A stretch of DNA of 64,000 nucleotides from an uncultured bacterium (GTDB lineage Bacteria; Fidelibacterota; Marinisomatia; Marinisomatales; UBA1611), in contig CALSPG010000008.1 in the NCBI GenBank assembly GCA_943788175.1, positions 61,227-125,226 of the forward strand, read 5' to 3'. The notes beneath the pieces are model-generated. The model saw nothing but the letters and a program-made list of their open reading frames with translations. It was not told the DNA's origin and did not search any database. How positions within the stretch are numbered: the first letter of the stretch is position 1; each line of letters opens with the position of its first letter. Both the position numbers and the translations under genes were made by a program. Shown piece after piece: positions 61,201 to 64,000 of the stretch.

Positions 61201-64000
61201 CAGGAATTACAACAGATCAAGCTTCTGCGATTACAGCAAATACCGCCAAGGTTGGTTATACAGATGATCTAGTAGCAGCAAACTCTGCTGTTGCAGCAAA
61301 TACGGCAGAAGACAGGGATTACAACAGATCAAGCTTCGCTTATAGATGCTATCACATCAACGGCAACAGAATTGAATATTCTCGATGGAGTTACTTCAAC
61401 GACAGCGGAGTTGAATCTTTTGGATGGAGTGACAGCGACGACGGCAGAATTAAATTATGTAGATGGTGTTACTTCTAATATTCAGACGCAGTTGGATGCA
61501 AAGACAGGAATCACAACAGATCAAGCTTCAGCGATCACAGCAAATACCGCCAAGGTTGGTTATACAGATGATCTAGTAGCGGCAAACTCTGCTGTTGCAG
61601 CAAATACGGCGAAGACAGGGATTACAACAGATCAAGCTTCGCTTATAGATGCTATCACATCAACGGCAACAGAATTGAATATTCTTGATGGAGTTACTTC
61701 AACGACAGCGGAGTTGAATCTTTTGGATGGAGTGACAGCGACGACGGCTGAGTTAAATTATTGATGGCGTTACCTCTACAACTGCAGAATTAAACTATGT
61801 AGATGGAGTTACATCAAACATACAAGCTCAATTAGACTCAAAATCTTCTACAGCAGAATTTGATGATCTTACTGATGCTAAATCAGGTGGAAGTAATTTT
61901 TCTAATTCAATGATTTTAGGACACCAAACTACCGGGACACTTAATAATGCAGATGAAAATATTGGGCTAGGTATTGGATCTCTTGAATCAATAACCTCTG
62001 GTGATAGGAATACTGCTATTGGTAAAGATGCAATGAATAGTAATACAGATGGTAATTATAATACTAGTTCAGGATATCAAAGTTTGTATGTGAATACCAC
62101 GGGAAGTTTTAATGTTGCCGTAGGAAATTCATCATTGGGGCTAAACATTGATGGAAATTCGAATATTGGCCTGGGGCATAGAGCTTTGAATAGCAACACT
62201 AGTGGAGACTTGAACGTAGCAATTGGTAGAAAAGCATTGTACTCTACAACGACTAGTCAATATAATTTGGCCGTTGGTACCTATGCTTTAGAGGATGCTA
62301 ATCGAACAGCAGACACTGATGGTTATAATGTTGCATTGGGTTATAATTCGGGTAATACAGGAACTAATGATATTACTACGGGTAATAAAAACACTCTTTT
62401 AGGCTCTTCAACAGCAGCCTCAGCAGCCGCAGGAACTAATCAGACAGTGATTGGTTATGGTGCATCAGGTAAAGGTAATAATACAGTAACGATAGGTAAT
62501 GGAGACATTACTCATTGGTTAGCATCAGATGATAATGAAGTTGACTTGGGTAGTAGCTCGATTGAGTTCAAAGATCTTTATTTGGATGGGATTGCTTATG
62601 TAGACGGTCTTGATTTAAATGGTACGACAATCTCTGCGACAGCAGCAGAATTAAACTATGTTGATGGCGTTACTTCAATATCCAGACGCAGTTGAATGCA
62701 AAGAGTTGGTTCAGTAAGCTTTATCGATTTATCACTCACGGCACAGATTGAAATTCTTGATGGGTTACTTCACACAGCGGAGTTAAATCTTTAGATGGGT
62801 TACTTCAACTACGCAGAATTAACTCAATATCCAGACGCAGTTGAATGCAAAAGGAGTTGGTTCAGTAAGTGCTTTATCTGATTTATCAGTTACCTCTACG
62901 GCATCAGAGTTGAACATTCTTGATGGGGTTACTTCGACAGCAGCGGAGTTAAATCTTCTAGATGGCGTTACTTCAACTACCGCAGAACTTAACTATGTTG
63001 ATGGCGTTACTTCCAATATCCAGACGCAGTTGAATGCAAAAGGAGTTGGTTCAGTAAGTGCTTTATCTGATTTATCAGTTACCTCTACGGCATCAGAGTT
63101 GAACATTCTTGATGGGGTTACTTCGACAACAGCGGAGTTAAATCTTTTAGATGGTGGTACATCCGCTTCATCAACAACTATTGTTGATGCCGATAGGTTA
63201 GTCTTAAATGATAATGGAACGATGGTTCAAGTTGCGGTATCGGATTTAGGAACATATATTGCTTCTAATTCAAGCTTAGATGTATTATCAGACTCCAAAT
63301 CTGGAGGCACAAATTTTACAGGTTCCATAATTGTCGGTCATCAAAATACTGGTACTTTAGATGCTGCTGATAATAATACTGGTGTTGGTCTGACAGCGCT
63401 TGATGCGGTTACAACTGGAGATGGGAACACTGCTGTTGGATATAATGCATTAACCGCCAACACTACGGGAGAAGGTAATGTTGCTATTGGATATAATACT
63501 TTAGCTGCAAATACTACAGCTAGTCAGAACTTGGCTATGGGATATAATGCTCTTGCAATCCAAACAACAGATGGTGCATTCAATACCGCTGTTGGGAGTT
63601 ATACTCTAGATAATAATACAATTGGGGATAAGAATGTTGCTTTAGGATACGTTGCATTAACACAAAATTCTGAAGGTAGTAATAATGTTGGTATTGGATC
63701 TAGTTCATCAAAATCAAATAGTACAGGTTCATCCAATACTTCGGCAGGAAATAGTAGTCTTTATTCGAATACTGCAGCAAACTATAATACTGCAATTGGA
63801 GCAGAGGCTCTTTATGACGCTAATCGAACAGCTGACACAGATGGTTATAACACCGCATTAGGTTATAATGCCGGGAATACAGGAACCAATGATCTTACAA
63901 CTGGGAATAAAAATACGTTACTTGGGGCAAGTACAGCCGCTTCAGCTGCAGCAGGTACAAACCAGATAGTCATTGGTTATGGTGCATCTGGGCAAGCAGA
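58253..64000 (+). CDS. Giant exported fibre/adhesin-like protein (>1900 aa), multiply frameshifted in this assembly, 3' truncated
   Basis: GAGGAG RBS, signal peptide, PRKVAYQGILT... N-domain. Track ORFs 58253, 59217, 59700, 60409, 61067, 61179, 61291 and 61910 plus an unlisted open frame ~62826-64000 join by small indels into one repeat protein. Confidence 0.8.
59310..59791 (+). repeat. Two tandem ~250-bp copies (~84 aa) within the fibre gene
   Basis: GCTGGTATGTTTAT.GGTGATGGTTCTGG at 59331 and 59579; both copies end GGGATAACAAGTTTAACAGCAGG. Confidence 0.9.
60093..61640 (+). repeat. Coding tandem array of 111-bp units (51-bp A + 60-bp B)
   Basis: A = KTGITTDQASAITANTA, B = KVGYTDDLVAANSAVAANTA; units start at 60093, 60204, 60315...; ~11 B copies, with extra A copies near 60538 and 60700. 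Confidence 0.95.
62640..63150 (+). repeat. 189-bp (63-aa) tandem repeat containing 42-bp ELNxLDGVT subrepeats
   Basis: CCAGACGCAGTTGAATGCAAA at 62681, 62831 and 63020; the first copy carries many deletions. Confidence 0.88.

Noticed and set aside
60093-61640. CRISPR array
   Set aside because: Units are contiguous 51/60-bp coding repeats with synonymous variation, no unique spacers and no cas genes
61762-61764. In-frame TGA as selenocysteine or recoding
   Set aside because: Comparison with sister repeats (AAT TAT GTT GAT GGC) shows a 2-nt deletion creates this TGA
58253-64000. Prophage or diversity-generating retroelement target
   Set aside because: Gene has a signal peptide; no integrase, terminase, capsid or reverse transcriptase in the window; repeat differences are not adenine-specific

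Overview
AT-rich (roughly 30% GC by eye), gene-dense bacterial chromosome segment. The FlgD/T9SS-type sorting tail, dockerin/cohesin domains, FCB-type peptidoglycan genes and tight packing suggest a marine FCB-superphylum organism, most plausibly Marinimicrobia/SAR406 (inference). About 45 CDS are present; I found no rRNA, tRNA, CRISPR array, integrase or transposase. Main contents, in order: cysS 3' end, HIT, a frameshifted DUF6580 transporter, NatAB-like ABC exporter, GH20, an EutB/EutC-like dehydratase-cyclodeaminase-aminotransferase trio, ppk2, ltaE, pcm, an operon of outer-membrane-like protein + cohesin lipoprotein + 1608-aa Ig-repeat/dockerin-like/CTD protein, MATE, a divergent peptidoglycan/amino-sugar salvage locus (GH3, ROK-like kinase, SpoIID, Na+:solute symporter, NagX/HGSNAT, GH3-AmiE fusion), an AGMO-like desaturase, an ABC/M1-aminopeptidase fusion, a PPAD-like deiminase with a dockerin, a 7-module MORN lipoprotein, ppx and a DCC-LMF fusion. 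From 58253 past the window end lies one giant signal-peptide-bearing fibre gene built from phage-tail-fibre/trimeric-adhesin-type repeats; it is broken by many indels that are probably consensus errors. Best candidates for undescribed systems: the giant fibre with its upstream PKD/NHL gene, a non-cellulosomal cohesin-dockerin display system, and the peptidoglycan salvage locus with its atypical kinase.
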